DNA of 64,000 nt from Candidatus Woesearchaeota archaeon (GCA_017609465.1 JAFCDX010000001.1:26459-90458); one strand, 5' to 3'; counted from the first letter of the stretch, positions 17,658 through 26,578 are shown. Program-made: numbers and translations. The notes: generated from the sequence alone by a model not told the origin.

Positions 17658-17667
17658 TATATTTAAA
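17658..17667 (-). promoter_or_regulatory. TATATTTAAA box 20 nt upstream of the ATG at 17638
   Basis: Recurrent motif at fixed spacing. Confidence 0.5.
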
Positions 17668-17672
17668 ATTAA

Positions 17673-18266
17673 TTATTGGGAGATTCCCTGAAAGAAATCC
17701 AAAAATCTATTCCATGTAGATGTACTTACACAATATTCTCCTTTGCAAATATTACTTTCACATTCAAAATCATTTTCACATTGTTCTTCCTCAGCTTTTT
17801 GGTCTAATACATCTCCGGAGACATCACAATATTTTCCTTCAAATCTTATCCCTATATTTATACAACTATTATCATAAAAACACCCATCACATATTTCCTT
17901 TAAATTACTATTATATTCTTCTTCTGTAACTATATCTTGTGTGCTCTCTTGAGTATTTGTGTTATCATCATCTCCATTACCACCATTACCCCCAGAACTT
18001 CTGCAAAATCCATCTTCACAAAAATATCCTGCTCCACAAGGAGGATCACATTCTTCTAATTCTTCTTCAACTTCATCGTTTTGAGACTCGCTTGTTGGTG
18101 TTGCTATTGATTCTGAACTACTTGGTGTTGAATTATCATATGAAGAATAACCGCTTTCCGAATTATCCGAGATATACTTATCTACCTTATCATCTACAGA
18201 ATCATCCCTACATCCCGATATAAAGAAAACAATTACTAAAATTAATATAACATATTTTATTTTCAT
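17673..18266 (-). CDS. Lipobox-bearing secreted protein with C-terminal Cys-rich module
   Basis: MKIKYVILILVIVFFISGC has a lipobox-like ISGC. The last ~75 aa align with the C-terminus of the 967-aa protein. ATG 18266 is preferred over TTG 18275. Confidence 0.7.
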   Translation of the reverse strand: MKIKYVILILVIVFFISGCRDDSVDDKVDKYISDNSESGYSSYDNSTPSSSESIATPTSESQNDEVEEELEECDPPCGAGYFCEDGFCRSSGGNGGNGDDDNTNTQESTQDIVTEEEYNSNLKEICDGCFYDNSCINIGIRFEGKYCDVSGDVLDQKAEEEQCENDFECESNICKGEYCVSTSTWNRFLDFFQGISQ

Positions 18267-18267
18267 T

Positions 18268-21171
18268 TTAACCAAAAATATTTCTAAACCATGCTAAAAA
18301 TTTTCTCCATGCACCTGAACTTACACATTCTCCATCAACACAAAGATTGCTTTGACATTCAAAATTATTTATACAATAAGAACCTTCTCCTTTTTGAGTA
18401 TACATCTCTCCACTTAAAGAACAATATCTTCTTCCTAATTTAGTACCAACATTTAAGCATTTTTTATTATAAACACATCCATTACATTCTCTTTTCATAT
18501 ATTCTATTTCTGTTATTGTTTCGGAGGTATCTCCCCCTTGGGTTATATTTGTTTTTTCTGTTGTAGTTTGAGTTATATTCTCTTCAGAAGCAGTTATATT
18601 CACTTCTTCTGTAGTTGTAATAATTACTTCTTGTAATTTTGGACATCCTTTAATATAAACATCTGCAGTTGCTGGATTTTGTAAAGAAGTTATTTTTAAA
18701 TCTCCATCATCTTTTGTATAAATTTGTGCAAAAGTACCATAGTCTGTTCTACCAACATAAGTATAAAAAGAATTGTCATTTAATTGTTCCATCCTTATAT
18801 TATCTCCTAATACTCTTGAATCTGAATTTTTAAATTCAATCTCATCATCTACAGAATCATACTTAAATTCTATTTGGAAACTTGTTAAATCAACTTCTGG
18901 AATAGTCCCTATTTGACCTTCAATAAATTGTAAATTACAATTATGATCAAATAATAATCTTTTATTATATTTACCCACATAAGTCGGTTTACTGAATCCA
19001 GATTCTTCATCATTAATATTATCAAATATAATTTTTTTATTAATGTCGTCAAAGGTTAATTTTAGATTATTATTTATATCATAAAAGGATGTTACAGCTC
19101 TATTAATATATTGTATATCACTATATACTTCTCCTGTATCAATAATCTTAAATGAAGTTTGGTTTTCATATTCATTTATTTCTGTAATTTCCACAAGATG
19201 TGAAATATCATCAAATGTCATAACAAATCTTGTTCCAGCCATATTTTTAAAAATTGTATCATTAGATCCAACTTCACCTGCATATAATTCATCTCCATTA
19301 TTTACTGCCATCAAATGTTTTCTGTCTTTACCATATGTTATTTTATCATTTTGATTCAAGAAACAAATAACTTCATTATCTAGTAAATCTCCCTCTTTAT
19401 TCTCCATTTTTAAATAAACTTTGTCTGATACTATATCTATATATATCTCTGATTTTGGTTCCTGGTTTACTTTATCAAATTTAATATAATATGAATTAAA
19501 TACTGGGTCTTTGACATAGAAACCTGGAGCTAACCACATATTGTCTCTAGGTGTATATGAAATAGTAATCATTTTTAATCCTGGACTTGTTATAGAAGGT
19601 TGTGTATTCCCCTCTTCTGTACCATAAATAAATGCTTCAGTACCATCAATCTCTTCATTGTTTACTCTTACTTTTCTTCCATCATTTATTTCTATCTTTT
19701 TAGCACCAATAGCAATTTCACATATATCATTATCAACAGTTACTGCTGAAACTACATCTGTAATTCCAATTACTGTTCCATCAGACATTGTTTTTATCTG
19801 TCCTTTATCAATTTGATAAGTTACATTATCATATTTAACAATACATTTAGTTTCTGCATCATCAACATCAAGTACAGTTATCCCTTTAAATGGATTATTC
19901 TGAACCAATGTAGCAATTATATCCCCTCCTAATAAAGTAATTCCCTGAACATCTCCATAATCTGAAGGAATATGAGCATCAATAATAGTATAAATATTTC
20001 TCAATATTTCCAATTTTGTATTTATTATGTCATCCCTATTTTTTACATCTATAGGAGAACCAGTTATTTTTAAAGTATAGTTCCATGCATAAGTATTAGA
20101 TGATAAATATAAATAATCATTTGAAGGATCTCCAAGTCTGTCTCCAGATGTGTCTCTATCAAATTTCCAAACCAATGTTTTTATATCAGAATCTGGAATG
20201 CCCCCAAAATCTATTGTCTGGCTATAATCATGTTCACCTATGTTTGTTCCTTCATCATCATTAAATGTTTGGTCTGCTAATAATTCTAATTCATTATCTG
20301 TTATTTGAGAATCTATCTCCGAAGCTTGTTCATTTAAATTCCATTCGTCCCCTGCTTTTTTAATTTGATAAACATCGTTTGATATCACCCCTCCGCAAGT
20401 TGGTTCTTTAGGAGGAACTTCTAGTTTTATTAATTCTTTTATACAAGCACCATCTTTACAACCAATTGGACATTTATAATTATGATCGAATCTCAAAGTA
20501 TTATTACTACAATAAAATTCTGCTATACTTGGTCCTTTTTCTTGAGGAACCTCATTATAAATACCATCATAACAAAAATCTTCTTTTTCTAAATATGTGC
20601 CTTCATAATTTTTTCCTTTAGTAACTCCTTTTTTATAATAATCTAACCCTCCATCAGAATCAACACATTCTATAAGTTCTTCACAATCTTCTGGACAACT
20701 TTTTGCACTTTCTGGACATGTACTTCCAACCATTGCAGTTGTAGTTCTTTGACAAACACCATCCCCACATTTGTCTTCACATGTAGAACCTGGATTAAGA
20801 ACTATTTGTGGACCTTCTTTACAAGCTCCATTCTCACAACCAAATTCACATATAATTTCTTCACCAGCACCTTGCCTTCCATCACAATAATATTCCAAAA
20901 CACTACCTTCAGAAGTACAAATATCCTCTTTAGTTACTTTTTGATATCTTGAAAAACTAAAATAACTAGATCTTTCATAATATGTAATTGTTCCAAATAT
21001 TTCGGGATTTTTTCCGCCATCAAAATCTCTACATAAATAACTACCAAAATAACTTGTTCTATCAGAATCATAAGCAATTTGTTTTCCAGTAAATATATCT
21101 AAAAAACCAGCATTAACAATAGAAATCATAAATAAAGATAGAATAAATATTATTAACACCTTCTTTTTCAT
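18268..21171 (-). CDS. Large (967 aa) secreted protein with TGK leader, two Cys6 domains and a shared C-terminal Cys-rich module
   Basis: Leader is ...NAGFLDIFTGK. The two domains end CEFGCENGACK and CPIGCKDGACI. The C-terminus is CNGCVYNKKC...NNFECQSNLCVDGECVSSGAWRKFLAWF. Confidence 0.85.
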   Translation of the reverse strand: MKKKVLIIFILSLFMISIVNAGFLDIFTGKQIAYDSDRTSYFGSYLCRDFDGGKNPEIFGTITYYERSSYFSFSRYQKVTKEDICTSEGSVLEYYCDGRQGAGEEIICEFGCENGACKEGPQIVLNPGSTCEDKCGDGVCQRTTTAMVGSTCPESAKSCPEDCEELIECVDSDGGLDYYKKGVTKGKNYEGTYLEKEDFCYDGIYNEVPQEKGPSIAEFYCSNNTLRFDHNYKCPIGCKDGACIKELIKLEVPPKEPTCGGVISNDVYQIKKAGDEWNLNEQASEIDSQITDNELELLADQTFNDDEGTNIGEHDYSQTIDFGGIPDSDIKTLVWKFDRDTSGDRLGDPSNDYLYLSSNTYAWNYTLKITGSPIDVKNRDDIINTKLEILRNIYTIIDAHIPSDYGDVQGITLLGGDIIATLVQNNPFKGITVLDVDDAETKCIVKYDNVTYQIDKGQIKTMSDGTVIGITDVVSAVTVDNDICEIAIGAKKIEINDGRKVRVNNEEIDGTEAFIYGTEEGNTQPSITSPGLKMITISYTPRDNMWLAPGFYVKDPVFNSYYIKFDKVNQEPKSEIYIDIVSDKVYLKMENKEGDLLDNEVICFLNQNDKITYGKDRKHLMAVNNGDELYAGEVGSNDTIFKNMAGTRFVMTFDDISHLVEITEINEYENQTSFKIIDTGEVYSDIQYINRAVTSFYDINNNLKLTFDDINKKIIFDNINDEESGFSKPTYVGKYNKRLLFDHNCNLQFIEGQIGTIPEVDLTSFQIEFKYDSVDDEIEFKNSDSRVLGDNIRMEQLNDNSFYTYVGRTDYGTFAQIYTKDDGDLKITSLQNPATADVYIKGCPKLQEVIITTTEEVNITASEENITQTTTEKTNITQGGDTSETITEIEYMKRECNGCVYNKKCLNVGTKLGRRYCSLSGEMYTQKGEGSYCINNFECQSNLCVDGECVSSGAWRKFLAWFRNIFG

Positions 21172-21191
21172 ATAATTTTTAAGGAATCTTT

Positions 21192-21201
21192 TATATTTAA
21201 A
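21192..21201 (-). promoter_or_regulatory. TATATTTAAA box 21 nt upstream of the ATG at 21171
   Basis: Recurrent motif at fixed spacing. Confidence 0.5.
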
Positions 21202-21206
21202 TATTA

Positions 21207-22022
21207 CTAAAATTTATAATTTACATTAAAACCTAATTTTTTTCCATCAAATATTAAATCAAAATCCAAATCTTTTTCTTTATTGAAATCAACTTCTTTC
21301 CCTAAGGCTCTTTGAAAATGATTTTTAATCTCTTTCCTGTCTAAATATAAATCAAATAATTCAGCACCAATTAGTATTCCATAGACAGTATCTTTAGAAA
21401 TATCATATTCTTCTGATATATTATTAACAAAATCTTCATAATCTAAATACTCATTATTTCCATTAAAAAAATGATTTCTTGCACCAATTGCTATCTGATA
21501 AGGCATATCAAATCTTGATAATAAAGCATAAGTTGATGTGAAAGGTTCTAATTTTTTTGGAATTTTATTTTGTTTCATTAAATAATTAAGAACTTCATAA
21601 TTTGTTCTTGTAGCTATTGAACTTCCAACATTCAAAAGAGCATCTTGATCATTTGATAATTTAACATCATCTTTATAACTAAAACTAGCAACTTTTTCAT
21701 TTGTTATTGTTGTATCTAATTTAATATTATCTAAACCATAGGCTTCTGCTATTGCCATATGACCCAATTCATGGATATAAGTTGTCATAAAATATCCCAA
21801 AGCAGAATTTAAGGCAATTTCAGGCAAACTTATCTCTGGACCATATTCTTTTTTTAAACTATTAAATCTATTTTCTAAACTAATATTTTGAACTTTTTCT
21901 GTTTTATGTTGATTTATATAATTAGAAATATCTGTTTTTGCTAAAGATGGACTTGCTAATGTAATTCCAGCTAAAGCTGTTGCTACACCTTTTTTTATCC
22001 TTCTTTTTAAGTTCTTTTTCAT
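21207..22022 (-). CDS. Putative secreted zinc metalloprotease (HExxH)
   Basis: Has a basic N-terminus plus hydrophobic signal (GVATALAGITLASPSLA) and a single HELGH motif. The family is not assignable by eye. Confidence 0.55.
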   Translation of the reverse strand: MKKNLKRRIKKGVATALAGITLASPSLAKTDISNYINQHKTEKVQNISLENRFNSLKKEYGPEISLPEIALNSALGYFMTTYIHELGHMAIAEAYGLDNIKLDTTITNEKVASFSYKDDVKLSNDQDALLNVGSSIATRTNYEVLNYLMKQNKIPKKLEPFTSTYALLSRFDMPYQIAIGARNHFFNGNNEYLDYEDFVNNISEEYDISKDTVYGILIGAELFDLYLDRKEIKNHFQRALGKEVDFNKEKDLDFDLIFDGKKLGFNVNYKF

Positions 22023-22066
22023 ATAGAATAAGTAAATTAACTCTTTATAAACCTTTCTATTTGTAA

Positions 22067-24448
22067 TTACGTATTGGTAGTTACAATATTAGTATTTAAA
22101 ATCACTTTAAATTCATTACCAAACCTAATTTCAGAAGCATTTGTAACTGCTTTCAAATCATCCAAAAATATACTCAATTTTTTATCAACAGTCAATTTAA
22201 CAGGCTCTTTAAGAGATTTATTATTCTCATTCTTGAATTTTCTTACCTTGGATATAACATCTATGAACTCATCTCCTAATTTTTCCAATTTATTTTTTGT
22301 TATTTTCATTTCTTTTGGCCATTCACTTATATGTATGCTTTTTTCTTTTTCTTTTTTGTCAAAATACAAATGATAGATTTCTTCTGTTATATGGGGCATT
22401 ATTGGTGCAAATAATTTTAATATTGTCAACAAAGAATGATACAAAGTATATTGTGCGCTTTTTCTTTTTTCTTTTCCTCTTTTGTCAGGATTATATAATC
22501 TATCCTTAACTATTTCTAAATAATTATCACAGAATGTATGCCAGAAAAATTCTTCACTTAATTTTCTTGCCATAGAAATATTATATTTAATATAATTTTC
22601 CTTTATGTTTTTAACAGTTTTTTCTAATTTCAATAAAGTATATTCATCAATAGGTTCTAATTTTGGTTTCTTTCTATCAAAATCTTCAAGATTCATGATA
22701 ACAAATTTTGAAGCATTCCACATTTTTGTCAGTAATTTCTGTCCTGCAATCAATTCTTTTTCATTAAATGGCAAATCACTTCCAAGATTAGCCCCTCCAA
22801 CCCAATATCTAAAAACATCAACACCATATTTATCAATCAAATCATCAGCACATATTGCATTTCCTTTGCTTTTGCTCATCCCATGCCCTTTTGAATCTAA
22901 TACAAAAGTATTTATTATGAGGTCTTTCCAAGGAATTCTTTTAAACAATAAATGACTTTTTAATATAGTATAAAATGCCCATGTTCTTATTATATCATGA
23001 GATTGAGGTCTTAAACTCATGGGTGCTAGTTTTTTGTATTGTTCTGGTTTTTCAAGCCATCTTAATGCAATTTCAGGGCTGTTTGAAGAAGTCATCCAGG
23101 TATCAAAAACATCTTCATCAGGAACTCCTTTTCCGCCACATTTGCATTTTTTCTTAACTTGTATCGGATCAATAGGCAATTCATTTTCCTCTGGAAGAAT
23201 TACTTCATGACATTTGTCACAATACCACACAGGAATTGGTATTCCAAAATATCTCTGCCTTGATATTGTCCAGTCCCATCCCAGGTTCTTAACCCAATCC
23301 TCATAACGAACCCTCATAAATTTAGGGTGCCAATCAACTTCTTTTCCTCTTTTTAATAATTCTTTCTTGTATTTTAATGTTTTAATAAGCCATTGGTCTG
23401 TAACAATATATTCAACAGGAGTATTACATCTCCAACAGCTTCCAACTGTTTGCTGCAATTCCTCTTGTTTTTCTAGTAATTCTTTTTCTTCTAAATCTTT
23501 TAGAATTTCCTCTCTTGCCTTTTCCAATTTCATTCCCTTGTATTTCCCGCCAAGTTCATTTAATTTTCCTTCTCTGTCAACAGATATTCTCAAGTCAAGA
23601 TTATATTTTTTCCATTTTTCAATATCAGCATTATCTCCAAATGTGCAAACCATCATAATACCTGTTCCAAACTCAGGATCAACAGTCTCATCCGCCATTA
23701 CTTTTACTTTATGATTAAATAAAGGGACTTCAATTTCCTTTCCAATTAATTTCTTGTATCTTTTATCTTCAGGGTGAACAAATATTCCTACACAACTAGA
23801 TAAGAATTCAGGTCTTGTTGTAGCAATTAATAAATCATTTCCGAATTTAATATAATTTAATTTTGTTGTTCTTGTTAAGTTTTCAACTTCTGCCTGTGCT
23901 AGTGCAGTTTCATGATACGGGCACCATATTGTAGGCTCTTTTGCTTTGTAACAATCTCCTTTTTTTACTAATTTTAAAAATGCTGTTTGTGCAACTCTTT
24001 GTGATTCAGGACTTATTGTCTGATATAATAAATCCCAATCATAACTATGTCCTAATTTCTTGAAAACATTTTCAGTATAAACTTTCTCAACTTTTTTTGA
24101 TTCTTCAAGACATAATTTTCTGAATTCTGCCCTGTTTGTTTTTGCCTTGTTTATTCCAAGTTTTTCTTCTACATATTTTTCTGTTGGCAATCCATTATCA
24201 TCATAACCAGGAGGAAAATAAACATTATAACCTAATAATCTCATTATTCTTGCTATTATTTCAAATTGGGTGTATGACAATGCATGTCCAACATGTAAAT
24301 GTCCTGCAGAAGCATAAGGTGGTGGAGTATCAATAGAATAAACGGGTTTTTTTGATTTTGGATTAAATTTGTATGTTTTGTTTTTATCCCAAAATTTCTG
24401 CCATTTCTTTTCTGATTCCTTGAAATCATATTGCTTTGGTAATTGCAT
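22067..24448 (-). CDS. valS: Valyl-tRNA synthetase
   Basis: A class Ia synthetase with PPPYASAGHLHVGH (HIGH region) and GMSKSKGN (KMSKS). It has an editing-domain-size insert and a ValRS-like N-terminus YDFKESEKKWQKFW. Confidence 0.8.
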   Translation of the reverse strand: MQLPKQYDFKESEKKWQKFWDKNKTYKFNPKSKKPVYSIDTPPPYASAGHLHVGHALSYTQFEIIARIMRLLGYNVYFPPGYDDNGLPTEKYVEEKLGINKAKTNRAEFRKLCLEESKKVEKVYTENVFKKLGHSYDWDLLYQTISPESQRVAQTAFLKLVKKGDCYKAKEPTIWCPYHETALAQAEVENLTRTTKLNYIKFGNDLLIATTRPEFLSSCVGIFVHPEDKRYKKLIGKEIEVPLFNHKVKVMADETVDPEFGTGIMMVCTFGDNADIEKWKKYNLDLRISVDREGKLNELGGKYKGMKLEKAREEILKDLEEKELLEKQEELQQTVGSCWRCNTPVEYIVTDQWLIKTLKYKKELLKRGKEVDWHPKFMRVRYEDWVKNLGWDWTISRQRYFGIPIPVWYCDKCHEVILPEENELPIDPIQVKKKCKCGGKGVPDEDVFDTWMTSSNSPEIALRWLEKPEQYKKLAPMSLRPQSHDIIRTWAFYTILKSHLLFKRIPWKDLIINTFVLDSKGHGMSKSKGNAICADDLIDKYGVDVFRYWVGGANLGSDLPFNEKELIAGQKLLTKMWNASKFVIMNLEDFDRKKPKLEPIDEYTLLKLEKTVKNIKENYIKYNISMARKLSEEFFWHTFCDNYLEIVKDRLYNPDKRGKEKRKSAQYTLYHSLLTILKLFAPIMPHITEEIYHLYFDKKEKEKSIHISEWPKEMKITKNKLEKLGDEFIDVISKVRKFKNENNKSLKEPVKLTVDKKLSIFLDDLKAVTNASEIRFGNEFKVILNTNIVTTNT

Positions 24449-24470
24449 ATTTTATATTTTTAATTAGAAA

Positions 24471-24480
24471 TATTTAAATA
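24471..24480. promoter_or_regulatory. Near-palindromic TATTTAAATA box in the 56-nt divergent spacer between valS and tRNA-Phe
   Basis: It lies 23 nt from the valS ATG (24448) and 25 nt from tRNA position 1 (24505). Confidence 0.45.
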
Positions 24481-24535
24481 TAGTGGTTTTAATCATGAGA
24501 ATATGGGACAGTAGCTCAACCTGGGAGAGCACCAG

Positions 24536-24549
24536 TTATATAAGGTGAA
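24536..24549 (+). other. tRNA intron 1 (14 nt, between positions 30/31)
   Basis: A 4-bp helix pairs 24530-24533 (CACC) with 24544-24547 (GGTG). Both cut sites lie 2 nt 3' of the helix strands. The 3' bulge is AA|A. Confidence 0.7.
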
Positions 24550-24556
24550 ACTGAAG

Positions 24557-24568
24557 TCTCAGGCAGTT
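24557..24568 (+). other. tRNA intron 2 (12 nt, canonical 37/38 position)
   Basis: The helix pairs 24551-24554 (CTGA) with 24563-24566 (GCAG): 3 bp plus one A.G. Both cut sites lie 2 nt 3' of the helix strands. Confidence 0.65.
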
Positions 24569-24577
24569 ATCTGGGTG

Positions 24578-24607
24578 AAAAATATAACAAAGGTATATTT
24601 TCCCGAA
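24578..24607 (+). other. tRNA intron 3 (30 nt, variable loop 46/47)
   Basis: The central helix pairs 24572-24575 (TGGG) with 24602-24605 (CCCG). The 5' bulge is TG|A. An 8-bp intron hairpin pairs 24579-24586 with 24594-24601. The 3' bulge is AA|T. Confidence 0.7.
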
Positions 24608-24644
24608 TTGTGGGTTCAAATCCCACCTGTCCCACTTTCAAAAA

Positions 24645-24655
24645 ATATTTAAATA
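24645..24655 (+). promoter_or_regulatory. ATATTTAAATA box 21 nt upstream of the ATG at 24676
   Basis: Recurrent motif at fixed spacing. Confidence 0.45.
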
Positions 24656-24675
24656 ACAAAAAGAAGTGATATTTA

Positions 24676-25173
24676 ATGAAAAACAAAAAAGGGGCAATGG
24701 AACTTTCTATGACCACAATTATTATAATAATTCTTGGAGTTACTCTACTAACCTTGGGGATTATGTGGATTAAAGGACTTGGAACCCAATTAATAGATAC
24801 AACAGACAGTGCATTTGGAATAAGCCAAGATGAAATTTCTAGATTAGGATTAAGAGATCAAAAAGTTTATGTTCCCCAGGTTAACAAAGAAATAAGCATA
24901 GGTGAAAATGAAAAATTCACTGTTTATGTACAAAATTTCTTAGGTGTCAGCGAAACATTTAGCATAAATATACAAGGAAATGCAAAGGATTGGTTTCAGA
25001 CAGTTCAACCAACAGAAGTGCCATCAGGAGAGACTTTTGGATTTCCGGTTGTTGTAAATGTTCCATCAACAGGCTCGGCAGCAGGTTCAATAGAAATAGT
25101 AACTATAAGAGTTCTGAAAAGCAATGGGGAGCTGTATGGGCAAGAAGCAATAACTATAGAAGTTACTGAATAA
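24676..25173 (+). CDS. Archaeal type IV pilin-like protein (class III signal peptide)
   Basis: MKNKKGAMELSMTTIIIIILGVTLLTLG has a KKG-A cleavage-type motif followed by a hydrophobic helix. The remainder looks like a beta-rich domain. Confidence 0.65.
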   Translation: MKNKKGAMELSMTTIIIIILGVTLLTLGIMWIKGLGTQLIDTTDSAFGISQDEISRLGLRDQKVYVPQVNKEISIGENEKFTVYVQNFLGVSETFSINIQGNAKDWFQTVQPTEVPSGETFGFPVVVNVPSTGSAAGSIEIVTIRVLKSNGELYGQEAITIEVTE

Positions 25174-25203
25174 ATTTATATAGTTCTTTTAATTTTTATT
25201 TAG

Positions 25204-26556
25204 ATGTTAAAAATATACAACACTCTAACACAAAAAGTAGAAACTTTCAAACCAATAAAAGATAAAGAAGTAAAAATTTACGTATGTGGCCCTACAATTT
25301 ATGATTATGGTCATTTAGGACATGCAAGAAGTGCTGTTGTTTTTGATATTTTTAGAAGATATTTATTATATAAAAAATACAAAGTAAAATTTGTCTTTAA
25401 TTATACTGATATAGATGATAAGATAATAAAAAAAGCAAACAAAGAAAATATTTCTTATAAAGAACTTAACAAAAAATTTGAAAAAATATATGATAAAGAC
25501 TATGAAAAATTAGGGATTCTAAAACCAACAATTAAGCCAAAACCAACACAAGAAATAGGTGCAATAATAGATTTCATTAAAAAAATAGAAAAAAATGGAT
25601 ATGCATACAAATTAGATGATGGAATTTACTTTGACATTTCCAAATTCAAGAGATATGGTGAATTATCCAAACAAAATATAAAAGATTTAAGAGCTGGTGC
25701 AAGAGTAAAAAAAGAAGACAAGAAAAAGAATCCAGAAGATTTTGTCTTATGGAAATTCAAGAAAGAAAACGAGCCATACTGGAAAAGCCCATGGGGAAAC
25801 GGAAGACCAGGATGGCATATAGAATGTTCTGCCATGTCTACAAAATATCTCGGAAATGAATTTGATGTTCATGGAGGAGGACAAGATTTGAAATTCCCAC
25901 ATCACGAGGATGAATTAGCACAAAACAGAGCAGCAATAGGAAAGCGAGTTGTAAAATACTGGATGCATAATGGTTTTGTAAATATAGATAATGAAAAAAT
26001 GTCAAAATCACTTGGAAATTACATTACATTAACTGATTTTCTCAATAAAAATGATCCAAAAGTTGTAAGATTCGCATTACTTAGCACACATTACAGAATG
26101 CCTATTAATTTTACAGATAAAGTTATGGAAAAATCAAAAAATTCTCTTGAAAGAATAAACAATTTCATAATAAAAATAAGGAAGGTTAATGGAAAAGACA
26201 AGATAAATACGAAAGAATTTGAGAAAGAATTTGAGAAAGCGATGAATGATGACTTAAATATATCAAAAGCATTGTCTATAATATATGAATTAATAAAGGA
26301 AGGAAATAATAAAGATTTATCAAAAGCATCTTCAAGGGAAGTCATTAATTTATTAAAAAGATTTGATTCTGTTCTTAATGTCATGAATTTCAAGAAAGAA
26401 AAGATTTCTAAAGAAATAAAGGATTTAATAAATAAGAGAGAGGAATACAGAAAGAAAAAAGATTTCAAAAAGGCAGATGAAATCAGAAAAAAACTAAAAG
26501 ACAAGGGAATAATTCTTGAAGACACTAAAGATGGAGTTATTTGGAAAAAGATATAA
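25204..26556 (+). CDS. cysS: Cysteinyl-tRNA synthetase
   Basis: Motifs are CGPTIYDYGHLGHARS (HIGH), WHIECSAM and KMSKSLGN. Confidence 0.95.
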   Translation: MLKIYNTLTQKVETFKPIKDKEVKIYVCGPTIYDYGHLGHARSAVVFDIFRRYLLYKKYKVKFVFNYTDIDDKIIKKANKENISYKELNKKFEKIYDKDYEKLGILKPTIKPKPTQEIGAIIDFIKKIEKNGYAYKLDDGIYFDISKFKRYGELSKQNIKDLRAGARVKKEDKKKNPEDFVLWKFKKENEPYWKSPWGNGRPGWHIECSAMSTKYLGNEFDVHGGGQDLKFPHHEDELAQNRAAIGKRVVKYWMHNGFVNIDNEKMSKSLGNYITLTDFLNKNDPKVVRFALLSTHYRMPINFTDKVMEKSKNSLERINNFIIKIRKVNGKDKINTKEFEKEFEKAMNDDLNISKALSIIYELIKEGNNKDLSKASSREVINLLKRFDSVLNVMNFKKEKISKEIKDLINKREEYRKKKDFKKADEIRKKLKDKGIILEDTKDGVIWKKI

Positions 26557-26578
26557 ATAATTAAATATTCCAATTCTT

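Larger units (their letters stand above)
24505..24634 (+). tRNA. tRNA-Phe (anticodon GAA) with three introns
   Basis: Acceptor stem is GGGACAG/CTGTCCC with A73. D arm is GCTC-AACCTGGGA-GAGC. T arm is GTGGG-TTCAAAT-CCCAC. Removing 24536-24549, 24557-24568 and 24578-24607 gives the anticodon arm CCAGA-CTGAAGA-TCTGG, variable loop GTGTT and a 74-nt mature tRNA. No CCA is encoded. Confidence 0.85.

Noticed and set aside
21207-21240. C-terminus ...GFNVNYKF of the HExxH protein resembles a bacterial outer-membrane beta-signal
   Set aside because: The genomic context is unambiguously archaeal, with no outer membrane machinery. The resemblance is a short-motif coincidence.
24533-24580. Duplicated CAGTTAT..GGTGAAA segments read as two alternative anticodon arms or a broken pseudo-tRNA
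   Set aside because: Neither copy gives a 5-bp stem with a 7-nt U33 loop on its own. The three-intron solution gives a perfect tRNA-Phe and satisfies the helix-plus-2 cut rule at all six sites.
26091-26573. 160-aa ORF on the minus strand
   Set aside because: It is antisense to cysS, whose HIGH and KMSKS motifs fix the true frame and strand.
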